Counted from the first letter of the stretch, positions 43,842 to 59,527 are shown. The stretch is DNA of 64,000 nt from Octopus vulgaris (GCA_951406725.2 OX597839.1:37820001-37884000), one strand, 5' to 3'. A program made the numbers and translations. Notes: a model not told the origin generated them from the sequence alone.

Positions 43842-44255
43842 TACCTATTTCTTTACTACCCACAAGGGGCTAAATACAGAGGGGACAAACAAGGATAGAC
43901 AAACGGATTAAGTCGATTACATCGACCCCAGTGCGTAACTGGTACTTAATTTATCGACCCCGAAAGGATGAAAGGCAAAGTCGACCTCGGCGGAATTTGA
44001 ACTCACAACATAACAGCAGCCGAAATACCTATTTCTTTATTACCTACAAGGGGCTAAACACAGAGGGGACAAACAAGGACAGACATAGGTATTAAGTCGA
44101 TTACAGCGACGCCAGTGCGTAACTGGTACTTAATTTATCGACCCCGAAAGGATGAAAGGCAAAGTCGACCTCGGCGGAATTTGAACTCACAACATAACGG
44201 CAGCCGAAATACCGCAAAGCATTTCGCCCGACGTGCTAACGATTCTGCCAGCTCG
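43842..44255 (-). mobile_element. SINE family B with a head-less tandem unit
   Basis: A full copy followed by a second unit that restarts at GGTATTTCG. Confidence 0.88.
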
Positions 44256-44720
44256 TGCAGATATACCATTTGATAATATATGGCTGAGTGGAAGTCACCA
44301 TTTATATAGGAGCCCTCATGACCACACGAAACCAGAACAGTGGCCCGTAAAGAGTGTTATTCTCTTGATAAACATCTGTGATATCAACATCGCTTTTATA
44401 TTTGTTGATTTCTTTGAAGACAGAGAATATTTGGCCTTGCAGAGGTTTCAAAGCTATTAGCATTGATTTTCCAATATTCATTACAATATAGCTTTTACTT
44501 CTACAATAGCTAGTTTATGATATATTTCACATTGCATAAAACCCCTAACTCCCTGTATCCGTGATAAATATATTATTAGGAGCAGACACGCTCACTTTGC
44601 AAAAACACGTGATTTCGGATTCAGTTCCACTGCCTTGGGTAGATATATTTTAGTAGAGCCCAGAGACAACCAATGGCTTGCGAGTTCATTTGGTAGTTGG
44701 AGACTGCGTGGAAGCCCATC

Positions 44721-44771
<51 letters not shown>

Positions 44772-44828
44772 TATACACACACACGCATATATATATGTAT
44801 ACACATAAATAAATAAATATATATATAT

Positions 44829-44873
<45 letters not shown>

Positions 44874-46091
44874 CATACATACATATGTGTGTGTGTGTGT
44901 CTATATATGTACTTGTAACCCTAGCACCGATTGACATCTGGTGTTGGTTTATTTACGCCCCCGTAGCTTAGCAGTTTGGCAAAAGTGACCGATAAAATAA
45001 GTACCAGATTTAAAAATAAATACTAGGTGTCTTACTTAGAATATTATAAGTAAAACTTACCATATTTTCGTGTTCGCTCTATTTTAAGTATTAATCTAAC
45101 GATTCTGCGATATTATTTTCGAAGTCATCCCTTTCAAAATCTGCGTATTTTCCATAACAAGGCATTCTTCATATTTCTCTGCTTTTTGATATTTATAGTT
45201 ACAATATCTTCCATTTTGCTTTTTTGGAAGAATATGCTATGCCTGCAAAGTAGGAAAATTCTATAAGATTTATGTTTGCATATTGTATTCCATGCTTAAG
45301 TGGATCCCCTCGTTTTTGATGGGTGCTACAGCAGTTTTGATACATGGCAAACAAAGGGGCGGAGCTGTTGTTGTGTGAAGAGCGCTTGAAGAATAACCCT
45401 GGAGAACAAGAACCGGGAAATTAAGGACATAAGGAGAGAAAGAAGAGAGAAAGAGAAGCGACAGAAGGCTTCAGGTAAAGGGTATCAGAGAAAGAGAGAA
45501 AGAGATAGAGAGAGAGAGAGGGGTGAGCGAAATCAGATGTGTGATGTGTGTGCAGAAGGAAGATGGAGGGGTGCTTTTTTTGATTGTTTTATAGGTGACT
45601 TGTTTGCAGATATCAAAACACGATTCTTCAACATGACAGATTGGTTTGGAATATTGCGTGTACGTAAGCGCATGCGTGCGTGAGTGCGTGTGCTTATGTG
45701 TGTGTGTGTGTGTGTTTGTGTATATTGATGTGTGTGTATGAGAGAGCGTGTGTGTGTTCTCCTATGTATTAAGTGTACATGAATTTTGTATGTTCTATCG
45801 GTATGTTTATGCGGGTTCATGCGTGCATACATACGTACATACATACATACATACATACATACATACATACATACATACATACATACATACATACATGCAC
45901 ATACACACACATACACATACATACATACATGCACATAAACACACATACACATACATACATGCACATACAAATTGCTCTTACGCAAAGAACCAACATATAG
46001 GCGTATAAATATAAATATATATGTGTATATATATTTGTGTGTGTGTATATATGTATGCATGCATATGTATACATATATACATATATACATA

Positions 46092-46137
<46 letters not shown>

Positions 46138-46326
46138 CATGTATATTTGTATATATGTATGTATATGTATGTATAGATATATATATGTACATATGTACAT
46201 TCATATATATATGTGTGTGTATATATATATGTATATATATATATGTATATACATACAGATATGTACATATATAGAGCTTAAACATATATCTGTATGTATA
46301 TAACTAAATAAGGGTAAATAGAGGTG

Positions 46327-46382
<56 letters not shown>

Positions 46383-47012
46383 GTGTGTGCGAATGTGTAA
46401 AATGCATATTCAAGCTCAGTAAATCCTGATTTCCATAATATATTATAAAATGTAAATATTTACCACTAATTAACTGTGTATTAAACAAGCTTAGTTAATC
46501 TTCGTTCAAAATGATGGAGGACCGAAACAGCCATAACAGCGTTGTAGAAAATCTACGACAATTCTCTGTCACATATTCTGCGTTATGTTGTCATTCGTGT
46601 CTTCCGTACTGGAATTTCGTTTGACGACATCCTAAGGTTAGTGGTGGTGGTGGTGGTGGTGGTGTTGATGGTGGTGGGGAAACTGTAGTTAGAGGTATCG
46701 TGATGCTTGATGTTGGAGAAACTGGAATATGTGTGTGTATGTATGTATGGATGGATGTATGTTTGTGTATGTGAATATATGTGTGTGTGTGTGTGTGAGG
46801 GGGATGTCTGAAAATTCTTGTCTAGAAACTTGCAGTATATGTTAATATGTATATGTGTATGGACGTTTACGTATGTATATGCACATGTATATGTATATAT
46901 ATATATATATTAAATATTTACTATATACACACACATATATACACACATGTATACACACATGTTTACATATATGCATATATTTATATACATTTTAAGTTAT
47001 GAATACTTACAC

Positions 47013-47127
<115 letters not shown>

Positions 47128-47170
47128 TCTATTAGTCTGCCTCTGTCTGTTTGTCTGTGTGTGTGTGTGT

Positions 47171-47260
<90 letters not shown>

Positions 47261-47261
47261 A

Positions 47262-47292
<31 letters not shown>

Positions 47293-47463
47293 ACCTCAAT
47301 TCAGTTTGGTAGTGCCAATATTCTTTGACTCTCTGGCTTTCAGTTGTCATTTCAGCAGATCAACTTCCGTTATTGATTCAAATCCAGCTTTACACAAAAC
47401 TCAGTTTCGAATATATCCTTCTATTCATTATCATTTATACGCTCGCGCGTGCGTATATGTGTA

Positions 47464-47527
<64 letters not shown>

Positions 47528-47983
47528 CACACACATATATATATATATACATAAGTATATTTATATATATATATAAGTGTAAATATGTACATATATGTAT
47601 ACAAATATATGTATGATTTTGATTTGATTTTTCCAGTTTCAGCTAATGAGCTGTGGCCATGCTGGGCACCGCCATTAATATATATGTATTTATATATATG
47701 TATATATATGTATTTATGTATATATATTTATACATGTATGTTTGTACTTATGTATATGTATATTTATACGCGTACACATGCCCACTCACACACACGCATA
47801 TATATACTTATGGATATGTTTATACATGTATGTACATGTATATGTGTGTGTATGTGTATGTGTGATTAGTTATATTTATATATATGAATACATATATGCA
47901 AATGTTACGTATATATGTATATATATAAATATATAAGTAAATATATATATATATAGACACACCCACCCACACATTTCTATAAA

Positions 47984-48071
<88 letters not shown>

Positions 48072-48326
48072 CCTTGAAGCACTCGCTGACACGTACAAAC
48101 CGATTCGCACTCAAGCGCGCACGTTTGCACGGCCATTTTGTACACGCGCACAAAATGTAAGGAAAAAGCAAAGGGTCCAAGAATATTCTATTATGATATG
48201 AAGGCTGAAGCATTGCCGTGAATGATGGTTTGAACCGACTAAAGAGACAACTAAAATCACAATACAATACAATGTTTCTACACCTCATAATCTTTTCACT
48301 GTGTATGTATGTATGTATGTATGTAT

Positions 48327-48424
<98 letters not shown>

Positions 48425-48601
48425 GCATGTATATATGTATGTATGTATATATATGAATGTATATATATATGTGTGTGGATATATATGTATACATATCTAT
48501 ATAAATATATATATGTGTGTGTGTATATATGTATGTATGCATATATATCTATGTACATATATGTATATGCACATATAGAATTGCATATATATATATATAT
48601 A

Positions 48602-48663
<62 letters not shown>

Positions 48664-49045
48664 AATATGTGTGTGTGTATGTATACATAGTTTATATATA
48701 TATAAATATAAATACATATATATATGCACACGTTCACACACAAACATATGTGTATGTATGTATGTATGTATGTATTTATGTATGTATGTATGTATATAAA
48801 TATAGACGTGTATGAATATATAATTAATGGAATATTACTTTATTAAATCAATTTCTTGATTATACACATTGGTCTCCAATTATCTTGATTAAATAGAGAG
48901 TGAATTTTCATTATACGTGAACGCACACACACACACACACACACATTTGTATGTATGTACATATATATATACACACATATATATATATATGCATATATAT
49001 AAATGTACATACACACACACACATATTTATATATGTATGCATACC

Positions 49046-49095
<50 letters not shown>

Positions 49096-49121
49096 CATAC
49101 ATACATACATACATACATACA

Positions 49122-49185
<64 letters not shown>

Positions 49186-49430
49186 AAGTTATAGCTTGAT
49201 ATTTATATGCAAATTAGTATTGATTTCTTTTGCCGATTTACATCTCTCATTCGCAAATTTAATTTTTTTTTTCAAACTTCATATTCTGTCGTTAAATCTT
49301 AGATTTCGACAGATGTGATTCTTAAGAATATGGTTCCATGGAAATGAAAAGCTTAATCGCCGCAGACGCAAAATTGACTTCTACCGTCCTCGGTCTGCTT
49401 GTAAACCGTTATTGATTAAGAAATCATCAC

Positions 49431-49493
<63 letters not shown>

Positions 49494-49570
49494 AATCACC
49501 ACCACCACCACCATCACCACCACCAGCACCATCATAATCATCATCACCATCATCATCATCATCATCATCA

Positions 49571-49621
<51 letters not shown>

Positions 49622-49653
49622 TCATCATCATCATCATCATAATATTATTATTA

Positions 49654-49690
<37 letters not shown>

Positions 49691-49799
49691 CATTATTATT
49701 ATTATTATTTTTATTATCATATTCACCACACAGCCACTTTTGCGCCTATATGTATATATATATATATCCTAGGTCTTCCCTTGCTTTGGACTTTCCTCT

Positions 49800-49834
49800 G
49801 TTTCTGAAGAAGAACTCATTCCGAAACGTTAAAC
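49800..49834 (+). ncRNA. Minimal hammerhead motif, diverged relative of the 54.1 kb family
   Basis: GUUU-CUGAAGA-a-GAA-cuca-UUC-c-GAAA-CG-UU-AAAC. Flanks 49770-49900 align by eye to 54100-54240. Confidence 0.6.
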
Positions 49835-49899
49835 CCGCTTTCTTTTCCTGAGCTTCTGGTAATACAGTACTGGTACCACCTCCTCGCTGTTGTTGTCTT

Positions 49900-49967
<68 letters not shown>

Positions 49968-50294
49968 CATAATAATAATAATATTAGGGAGTGTATCCAA
50001 ACTTACAGGGAAAATTTAGATTTAGGATTAAATCAAATTTTTCAGTATAAATATAAATTAAATTAGAGATAAAACCACTATTAGGCAAATCAAACAGTGA
50101 AAGAGATAAAAATAAATATAATCAATATAATATACAAAATAAATAAAATATAAAATTTAAAATTTAAATTAATTAAATCTATATTTATAATTTTTTATAT
50201 TTTAAATTTAATTTATCTCCCCCTCTCTCTCTCTATATATATATAACAAGAAATAATAATTGTCTCTTATTATAGAAACATATATGTATGTATG

Positions 50295-50401
<107 letters not shown>

Positions 50402-50430
50402 ATGTATATGTATGTATATGTATGTATATG

Positions 50431-50811
50431 TAAGGGCGCAATTGCCCAGTGGTTAGGGCAGCGGACTCGCGGTCGTAGGATCGCGGTTTCGATTCCCAGA
50501 CCGGGCGTTTTGAGTGTTTATTGAGCGAAAACACCTAAAGCTCCACGAGGCTCCGGCAGGGATGGTGGTGATCCCTGCTGTACTCTTTCACCACAACTTT
50601 CTCTCACTCTTACTTCGTGTTTCTGTTGTACCTGTGTTTCAAAGGGCCGTCCTTGTCACTCTCTGTGTCACGCTGAATATCCCCGAGAACTACGTTAAGG
50701 GTACACGTGTCTGTGGAGTGCTCAGCAACTTACACGTTAATTTCACGAGCAGGCTGTTCCGTTGATCGGATCAACCGGAACCCTCGTCGTCGTAACCGAC
50801 GGAGTGCTTCC
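50431..50811 (+). mobile_element. tRNA-derived SINE family C
   Basis: A-box-like TGCCCAGTGGTTAG and B-box-like GGTTTCGATTCC. Related copies at 55456-55766 and 28812-29048 have different 3' halves. Confidence 0.8.
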
Positions 50812-50813
50812 AT

Positions 50814-50863
<50 letters not shown>

Positions 50864-50902
50864 GGTATATTATATATATGTATGTGTATGTATGTATGCA
50901 TG

Positions 50903-50987
<85 letters not shown>

Positions 50988-51239
50988 TTATATATATAAA
51001 ATGATGTGAGCAGAGAAGTAGCTCGAAGCAAACGCTACTATTTATTGAAAACAACCAGAAAATTGCAAGACTTTGCTGTTTCCTTGTCAAGGGTTAAACA
51101 TTTGTTTGTTTCCCTAGAGTAGAAATTATTATATGAGCAGACATTATTATATGAGCAGACATTTCTCAGTTCTGTCACTTTATCATCGTCACCACCACCA
51201 CCACCACCACTACCACCACCACCACCACCATCATCACCA

Positions 51240-51680
51240 CCACCACAATCATCATCATCCTCATCCTCATCCTCATCAGCACCATAGCGTTATCAATTCT
51301 GCTTGCACCAGCGCCAGACTAATACCAGGAAACCGTTGCCCAAACCACAATACCATCGCCATACCATCGCCACCACCATCATCACCACCACCACAATCAT
51401 CATCATCCTCATCCTCATCCTCATCAACACCATAGCGTTATCAATTCTGCTTGCACCAGCGCCAGACTAATACCAGGAAACCGTTGCCCAAACCACAATA
51501 CCATCGCCATACCATCACCACCACCATCATCACCACCACCACAATCATCATCATCCTCATCCTCATCCTCATCAGCACCATAGCGTTATCAATTCTGCTT
51601 GCACCAGCGCCAGACTAATACCAGGAAACCGTTGGCCAAACCACAATGCCATCACCATACCATCATCACCACCACCACCA
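51240..51680. repeat. 148-bp tandem repeat, 3 copies
   Basis: CATAGCGTTATCAATTCTGC at 51283, 51431 and 51579. Confidence 0.92.
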
Positions 51681-51994
51681 CCACGCCCACGGCAGGGCGG
51701 CACAACCTCCATGACCACCACTTAAGAAGGGTAACACATCGCCATCACTTCCAATACGTTGCTGGCAGGGTAGCACACAAACGCTATCGCCATGATCACC
51801 ACGACGGAGGGAAGAACACCATCAGCAGCACCACCATCATGTGTGCGTGCAGTATGCATGTGTATGTATATATGTGTATGTATATATGTGTGTGTATGTA
51901 TATATATGTGTGTATGTATGTATGTATGTATATATGTGTATCTATCTATATCTCCCTATCTATCTATATGTCTGTCTGTCTGTCTCTCTGTCTG

Positions 51995-52033
<39 letters not shown>

Positions 52034-52882
52034 GTCTGTCTATCTGTCTGTCTATCTGTCTGCCTATCTGTCTGTCTGTCTGTCTATCTATCCATCTATC
52101 TATATATCTATCTATCTATCTATCTATCTATCTCTCTTTCTCTCTCTCTCTCTCAATCTATCTATCTATCCGTCTTTCTCTCTCTCTCTATCTCCCTCTC
52201 TCTGTCTCTCCCTCTCTCTCTCTCCATCTATCTGCCTACTTACCTGTCTGTCTCTATGCATCTGCCTATGCATACAGAAAATTACAAGACGGAACAGCCA
52301 TTTCAGCCAGTTAAGAACTCACAAAAACTGCTATATTCAATTTGCGTTTATTTCTCGAGGTGCCAAAATATTCATTATACATCTGTGACCTGACTAACAC
52401 GTTTTCATAGACCTTTGGGGAAGAGTTTTCTTTACTTAATCCATTTCTTTCTATTGTTCTGGTTTTGTCGAATCATCGGGCTAACGGGTTTATTGGCTAT
52501 TTCTTATTTAATATGTGAACATGGCCCGACATCAGTCACTCATAGTTTCAAATATTCTGTTTACCCGTGAATTTACATATTTCCCTACTAACCTCCTTCA
52601 TTTTCCCTCTCTTTTCTTGTAAAATGGCGGTGTTTGCTTTAAAACATAAGATGCTCGTTACGTATTTGTGCAGTACGTTTGGAATATGTGCTTATGGTGC
52701 AAAGCCTATTAAATTTAGATTTATCCTAAGTTGATGGTTTATTTCTCTGTACAGAAACATGAATGAAATATTAATTCAGAAATAATACAATAGATAAAAC
52801 CATGTCCACGCGGCTGTTCAAAATGATGTGCGTACCCACCAATACACAAACACACAATATATAATATATGATATATAATATA

Positions 52883-53002
52883 TAAGTTATCTATTTGATA
52901 CACAACTGTATCCATATAACCTTCGAACAAGGGAGGTCAGTCGCTCCACACTACTTGACCGGCAGCTACAGACGCGTTTCGGGGTATTGCCCCTTTTCAA
53001 TG
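52883..53002 (-). repeat. Inverted 120-bp partial copy of the 360-bp unit, including the hammerhead core
   Basis: Reverse complement of 53290-53409 with one substitution (GAAACGCGTC vs GAAACGCATC). An inverted 5' segment is a known Penelope-like insertion structure. Confidence 0.9.
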
Positions 53003-53189
53003 TTCGAAGGTTATATGGATACAGTTGTGTATCAAATAGCTAACTTAAGGCGATGGCCTCATGGAGCTAATAAGCGGGCAGCTTTATTCTTATTATTATA
53101 AGAATGCCATATTAGTATGGCGATAACTATTATTTTCCGGGAACGCTGCCGCTGTTCTCTTTTAGAGAGACTTAGTAATTTTAATATTT

Positions 53190-53239
53190 CTATTATTGAA
53201 AACAAGTGGATGTATTCCACCGAAACTAGGTAAATAAAA
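53190..53239 (+). ncRNA. Second, divergent hammerhead-like motif in the 360-bp unit (repeated at ~53552-53601)
   Basis: UUGAAAA-caa-GUGGA-uguau-UCCAC-c-GAAA-CUAGG-UA followed by AAUAAA. Stem I is weak (UAUU/AAUA, offset by one nt). Confidence 0.4.
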
Positions 53240-53285
53240 CCTTCGAACAGTGATTGTCAGAAGCGACACCTACTGGTCTGGCTAC

Positions 53286-53327
53286 GCTGCATTGAAAAGG
53301 GGCAATACCCCGAAACGCATCTGTAGC
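53286..53327 (+). ncRNA. Minimal type-I hammerhead ribozyme, U3-A8 variant (copy 1)
   Basis: Stem I GCUGCA/UGUAGC; core UUGAAAA; stem II GGGG-caaua-CCCC; GAAA; short stem III A-CGCA-U; predicted cleavage after C53321. Confidence 0.75.
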
Positions 53328-53647
53328 TGCCGGTCAAGTAGTGTGGAGCGACTGACCTCCCTTGTTCGAAGGTTATATGGATACAGTTGTGTATCAAATA
53401 GATAACTTAAGGCGATGGCCTCATGGAGCTAATAAGCGGGCAGCTTTATTCTTATTTTTATAAGAATGCCATATTAGTATGGCGATAACTATTATTTTCC
53501 GGGAACGCTGCCGCTGTTCTCTTTTAGAGAGACTTAGTAATTTTAATATTTCTATTATTGAAAACAAGTGGATGTATTCCACCGAAACTAGGTAAATAAA
53601 ACCTTCGAACAGTGATTGTCAGAAGCGACACCTACTGGTCTGGCTAC

Positions 53648-53686
53648 GCTGCATTGAAAAGGGCATACCCGAAACGCATCTGTAGC
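53648..53686 (+). ncRNA. Minimal type-I hammerhead ribozyme, U3-A8 variant (copy 2)
   Basis: As copy 1 but stem II is GGG-caua-CCC; predicted cleavage after C53680. Confidence 0.7.
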
Positions 53687-53898
53687 TGCCGGTCAAGTAG
53701 TGTGGAGCGACTGACCTCCCTTGTTCGAAGGTTATATGGATACAGTTGTGTATCAAATAGCTAACTTAAGGCGATGGCCTCATGGAGCTAATAAGCGGAC
53801 AGCTTTATTCTTATTTTTATAAGAATGCCATATTAGTATGGCGATAACTATTATTTTCCGGGAACGCTGCCGCTGTTCTCTTTTAGAAGACTTAGTAA

Positions 53899-54008
<110 letters not shown>

Positions 54009-54131
54009 TATATATATATATATATATATATTATATATGTATATATATATGATTCAAAATGTGACCGCGTGTGTATCGTTGGCGATTTATTTTCCTCCAT
54101 CTTCCCTTCCTTGTACCTTTCCTTTTCCAAT

Positions 54132-54166
54132 GTTTCTGACGAAGAGCTCCGCTCGAAACGTTAAAC
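54132..54166 (+). ncRNA. Minimal type-I hammerhead ribozyme within a ~220-bp dispersed repeat (54051-54270)
   Basis: GUUU-CUGACGA-a-GAGC-ucc-GCUC-GAAA-CG-UU-AAAC; palindromic ACGU stem III. A related copy lies at 49.8 kb. Confidence 0.7.
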
Positions 54167-54935
54167 CCTCCTTCTTTCCTTCTTTCCTGAGCGTCCAATA
54201 ACACTATACTTGTTCCACGTCCTCGCGTTGTTGTGTTTCCTCTTTGTATTTTCATGTTTGGATTAACTACATATATATACACACCAAAAGGCTGCGAGCT
54301 GGCAGACACGTTAGCGCACCGGACGAAATGCTTAGCGGTATTTCGTCTGTCGTTACGTTCTGAGTTCAAATTCCGCCGAGGTCAACTTTGCCTTTCATCA
54401 TTTCGGGGTCGATAAATAAAGTACCAGTTTCGCACTGGGGGCGATATAATCGACTCAATCCCTTCGTCTGTCCTTGTTTGTCCTCTCTATGTTTAGCCCC
54501 TTGTGGGCAGTAAAGAAATATATATACACACCAAAATCGGTTCTCAAGGGATCATGGGGAGGCAAACACAGATACAGTTTCCGTCTACCAAATCCACTCA
54601 CAAGGACGTGGTCGGCCCGAGGCTACAGTAGAAGACACTTGCTTAAGGTGTCACGCAGTAGGACTGAACCCGAAGTCATGTGGTTGGTAAGCAAGCTACT
54701 TACCACACAGCCACTCGTATATTTGTGGATATTATATTTTACTCGTTTCGCTTATTAGACTGCAGCCATGATGGGGAACTACCTGGAAGAATTTTAGTTT
54801 AACGAATCGAACCCAGTACCTCTGTTTTCAAGCCTTGTAGTTATTCTAGCGGTCTTTTGCCGAATCATTAAGTTACGGGCAAGTAAACACCAGCATCAGT
54901 TGTTAACAGTGGTACGTTGGAGGGAGACCAACTCA

Positions 54936-55015
<80 letters not shown>

Positions 55016-55455
55016 GTGTGCTTCTTTCAGTTTCCGTTTACCAAATCCACTCTCAAGGCTTTGGTCGGCCCAAGGCTATAGTAGAAATCACTTGCCTAGG
55101 GTGCCATTTAGTGGGATTGAACTGAGAACAATGTGGTTCCTGGTTCTTATCATACAATCACGCCTGTGCCAATCTTATCACACAGTCAAGCCTAAGGTGG
55201 AAAAATACACACGCAAAGACCTCAACAAAGACGAAGTGAAAGAACAACAAATAGTGTGTGTAAGCTTAACGCCCGGGAAAAGTGGAAGTCATCTTAACTT
55301 TTTGAGCCCACGTTCTTCTACAGAAAGGAATGAGGAGAGAGAAAAAAGATGGAGAGATGAAGAATGGAGAGATAAAAAGAAACGAGTCTGAGTTAACAGT
55401 TATTTGTTTGTGTGTTCGTGTAAAATAATTTTGGGGATCTAAGGCGTTAACTGAG

Positions 55456-55766
55456 TGGAGGCACATGGCCTAGTGGTTAGAGCAGCGGACTCGCGGTCGA
55501 GGGATCACGGGTTCGAATCTCAGACCGAGCGATGTGTGTGTTTACGAGCGAATACACATAAACTCCACGCGGCTCTGTCAGAAGGTAATGGCGGACTTTT
55601 GCTGACTCTTTCGCCACAACTTTCTCTCACTCTTTCCTCCTGCATCTTGCAGCTCACCTGCGACGGACCGGCGTCCCGTCCAGGTGGGGAACCTATACGC
55701 CAAGGAAACCGGGAAACCGGGAAACCGGCCCTTATGAGTCAGGCATGGCTCGAGAAAGAACAAACG
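55456..55766 (+). mobile_element. tRNA-derived SINE, family C relative
   Basis: TGGCCTAGTGGTTAGAGC...GGTTCGAATCTC head; shares CCACAACTTTCTCTCACTCT with the 50.4 kb copy. Confidence 0.8.
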
Positions 55767-55914
55767 ATATATTTGTTACATTCTCATATGTTGAATCAGT
55801 AAACGCCGCCCAGCAGTTTCCAGTATAACAGCAATGGGCGAAATACGGCTATGTCAGACTGACACTTATCGTCTGGCTCTGCGAAGGGAAGTGCCGTTCA
55901 AACAGTGTAAGATC

Positions 55915-55950
55915 AGTCGCCTGACGAAATGGAAATCGAAACGTCCAACC
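55915..55950 (+). ncRNA. Degenerate minimal hammerhead-like motif
   Basis: CUGACGA-a-AU-ggaa-AU-c-GAAA-CG-UC core is intact, but stem I pairs poorly. Confidence 0.35.
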
Positions 55951-55990
55951 GCACGACACGCTTGTGTTTGAGGAAATAATGACGATGGCA

Positions 55991-56079
<89 letters not shown>

Positions 56080-56207
56080 ACGCAATTAGCGAACACCAAA
56101 ATCGGTTCATGAAAACACAATTCTATGTATGTATGTATGTATGTATGTATGTATGTATGTATGTATGTATGTATGTATGCAGATATGTATGTATGTACGT
56201 ATGTGAG

Positions 56208-56239
<32 letters not shown>

Positions 56240-56385
56240 TGTATGTATGTATGTATGTATGTATGTATGTATGTATGTATGTATATATGTATGTATGTAC
56301 GTATGTATGTGTATGTATGTATGTATGTATGTATATGTGTGAGTGTGTTTGTGTGTGTATGTATGTATGCTTGCAAGTATGTATG

Positions 56386-56433
<48 letters not shown>

Positions 56434-56665
56434 GTACATGTTTAATTGTGGATGTATTGATATATGTACACATGTATTTGACATGTTTAACGTAGACAAT
56501 TGCGTGCGTAACTGTGAAACACTGCGCGCGTAGGTGGATGATGATGATGATGATGAAGATGAAGATGGTCATGGTGATGAAAATGACGACGACGTCGACG
56601 ATGATGATGAGGATGGTAACGATGACGGTGGTGGGGATAATGAAGGTTATGACGACGACGACGAC

Positions 56666-56697
<32 letters not shown>

Positions 56698-56735
56698 TGA
56701 TGATGATGATGATTATGATGATGATGATTATGATG

Positions 56736-56789
<54 letters not shown>

Positions 56790-58441
56790 GTGAAGCAATT
56801 ACCAAGCACCAAACATTGTTTACCCTCCCCCCTTCAACCCCCCCCGAACAGTTAGAAACAGTCTTTCAGACATGTTACATCCATAATTAGATTGCTGGGC
56901 AAATGTGCACAATTCCTGAGCATCGATAATGAGCGAAATTACATTCTCATAAATATTGCCGCCACCACAACCACCACCACTACCACCACTACCACCACCA
57001 CCACCACCACCACCACCACCACCACCACCACTACCACAACCACTACAACCACCACCACCACCACCACTACCACCACCACCACCACCACCACCACCACCAC
57101 CACCACCACCACCACCACCACAACCACCACCACCACCACTACCACCACCACCACCACCACACCACCACCACACCACCACCACCACCACCACCACCACCAC
57201 CACCACCACCACCACCACCACCACCACCACTACCATCATCATCATCATTATCACCATCCATCATCGTCGTCGTCGTCATTATCATCATCGACAGCAGCAA
57301 CAAGAACAACTACAATAACCAGAATATATAAAAAAAAGGAGATTCTTCCTAATACAGCCAAAGGACCAGCAATTCTGAGAAAGCGGGGATTGGTCGATTA
57401 CTTCGACCTCAGTATTTTACTGGTACTTCATTTTATCGAACCACTGAAAGAATGAAAAACAACACCACCATCCGACACCACCACTACCACTACCATCATC
57501 ACGATCTCCCCATCACCCCCATCCGATCCACCCACCACACCACCACCACCACCACCACCAACAACACCACCACCACCACCACCACCACCACCACACCAAC
57601 ACCGTATCTTCCCCCAGCCTCACCACCTCCACCATCCAACATACCACCACCACCACCATCATCACGATCTCCACCATCACCCCATCCGATCTACCCACCA
57701 CACCATCACCCCCACCCCACCCCACCCCACCAACACCGTATCCTCCTCCAACCTCACCACCATCTCTACCATCCAAGACCACCACTACCACAACCATCAT
57801 CACGATCTCCACCATCACCCCCACTCGATCCATCTTCATATCATCCTTTTGGGGTCGAGAAAGTAAAGTACTTGCCAATTTAACGGGGCTAATTTAACTG
57901 ACTAACCACCCGCACCCCCTAAAATTCGAAACCGTTATTGTTATAAGTACTAATATGTTATATTAGTTTGCCGGAATGTTGTCTTGAAGATCAGTATTGA
58001 TATGTTACACGAGCGGGATCCGCGAATATTTCGTAGAATTAATAGTAAGCTTTAGTTCTATATTTAAGAGATGTGTGTGTGTATATATATGTGTGTATAT
58101 ATATTTATGTACGTGTATTTGTACACACACACACACACACACACACACACTTATATAGATATATATATATTCTTTTATTCTTATTTGTTTCAATCATTTC
58201 ACTACGGTCATGCTGGAGCACTGTCTTTATTCGAACAAATCGACCCCAGGACTTATTCTATCGGTATTTTTTCCCAACCGTAAGTTACGGGGACGTACAT
58301 ACACCAACATCGGTTGTCAAGCGATAGTGGAGTACAAACAGAGACACACAAATATATATATATATATATACATACATACACATATATAGTTCAATATATA
58401 TACATACACATCACACTCACACATATATGTATGTATGTATG

Positions 58442-58515
<74 letters not shown>

Positions 58516-58542
58516 CATACACACACACGTACACATATATAT

Positions 58543-58880
58543 GCTGAGACCCTCTTCGGTCATGACCGACCATGGGATTGCACCTAGAAAGTTACCCTCC
58601 CAGGCACAAGTCCGGGAAAGGTTGTTTATGGAAGACCGGCAGTCGCCCATGCATACCAGCCTCTCCTCTCCATACCACCAGTGTTATCCAAGGGAAAGGC
58701 AAAGGGGTCGATACAGCTTGGCACCTGTGACGTCGCAACTCATTTCTACAGCTGAGGGAACTGGAGCAACGTGAAATAAAGTGTCTTGCTCAAGAACACA
58801 ACACGCAGCCCGGTCCGGGATTCGAAATCATAACCTCACGATCGTAAGCTCGACGCTCTAACCACTGAGCCATGCACCTT
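58543..58880 (-). mobile_element. tRNA-derived SINE family D
   Basis: Minus-strand head TGGCTCAGTGGTTAGAGCG...TTCGAATCCCGG, followed by a CORE-like TTCTTGAGCAAGACACTT. Confidence 0.8.
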
Positions 58881-58902
58881 AACAAATATGTATATGTACC
58901 TT

Positions 58903-59032
<130 letters not shown>

Positions 59033-59359
59033 CTTCTTGCCAATCATAGTACTGCAGCATGGTAGATTGTGAAGAGGTAATAGAAGAGCTCAGCTGAGCC
59101 AATCCTGCCCCTTATAATGATGCCTAAGCGGAGGAATCCTGGAGAACCAACGATCACGACCTCAAAACTCTATCAAGAGAATAACTGTAACACAACCATG
59201 AGGGTGGCGCCCATGGCTGTGTAATCAGCTAATGATAGATTCGCCGTGGCTCAAGCTCCCGATTCAAATTCACAATAATGGAATTGGATGGCAACTAAGA
59301 GTCATGGGAATCTGCGAAAGCAGCGGAAAGAAGCATGTGTGTATATATATATATAGATG

Positions 59360-59489
<130 letters not shown>

Positions 59490-59527
59490 CACATATATAC
59501 AGACATACATTACACACACGCACACAA

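Noticed and set aside
55266-55350. Strong minus-strand polypyrimidine tract plus TAG
   Set aside because: All frames stop within about 17 codons and there is no good donor; the tract is a GA-rich low-complexity run.
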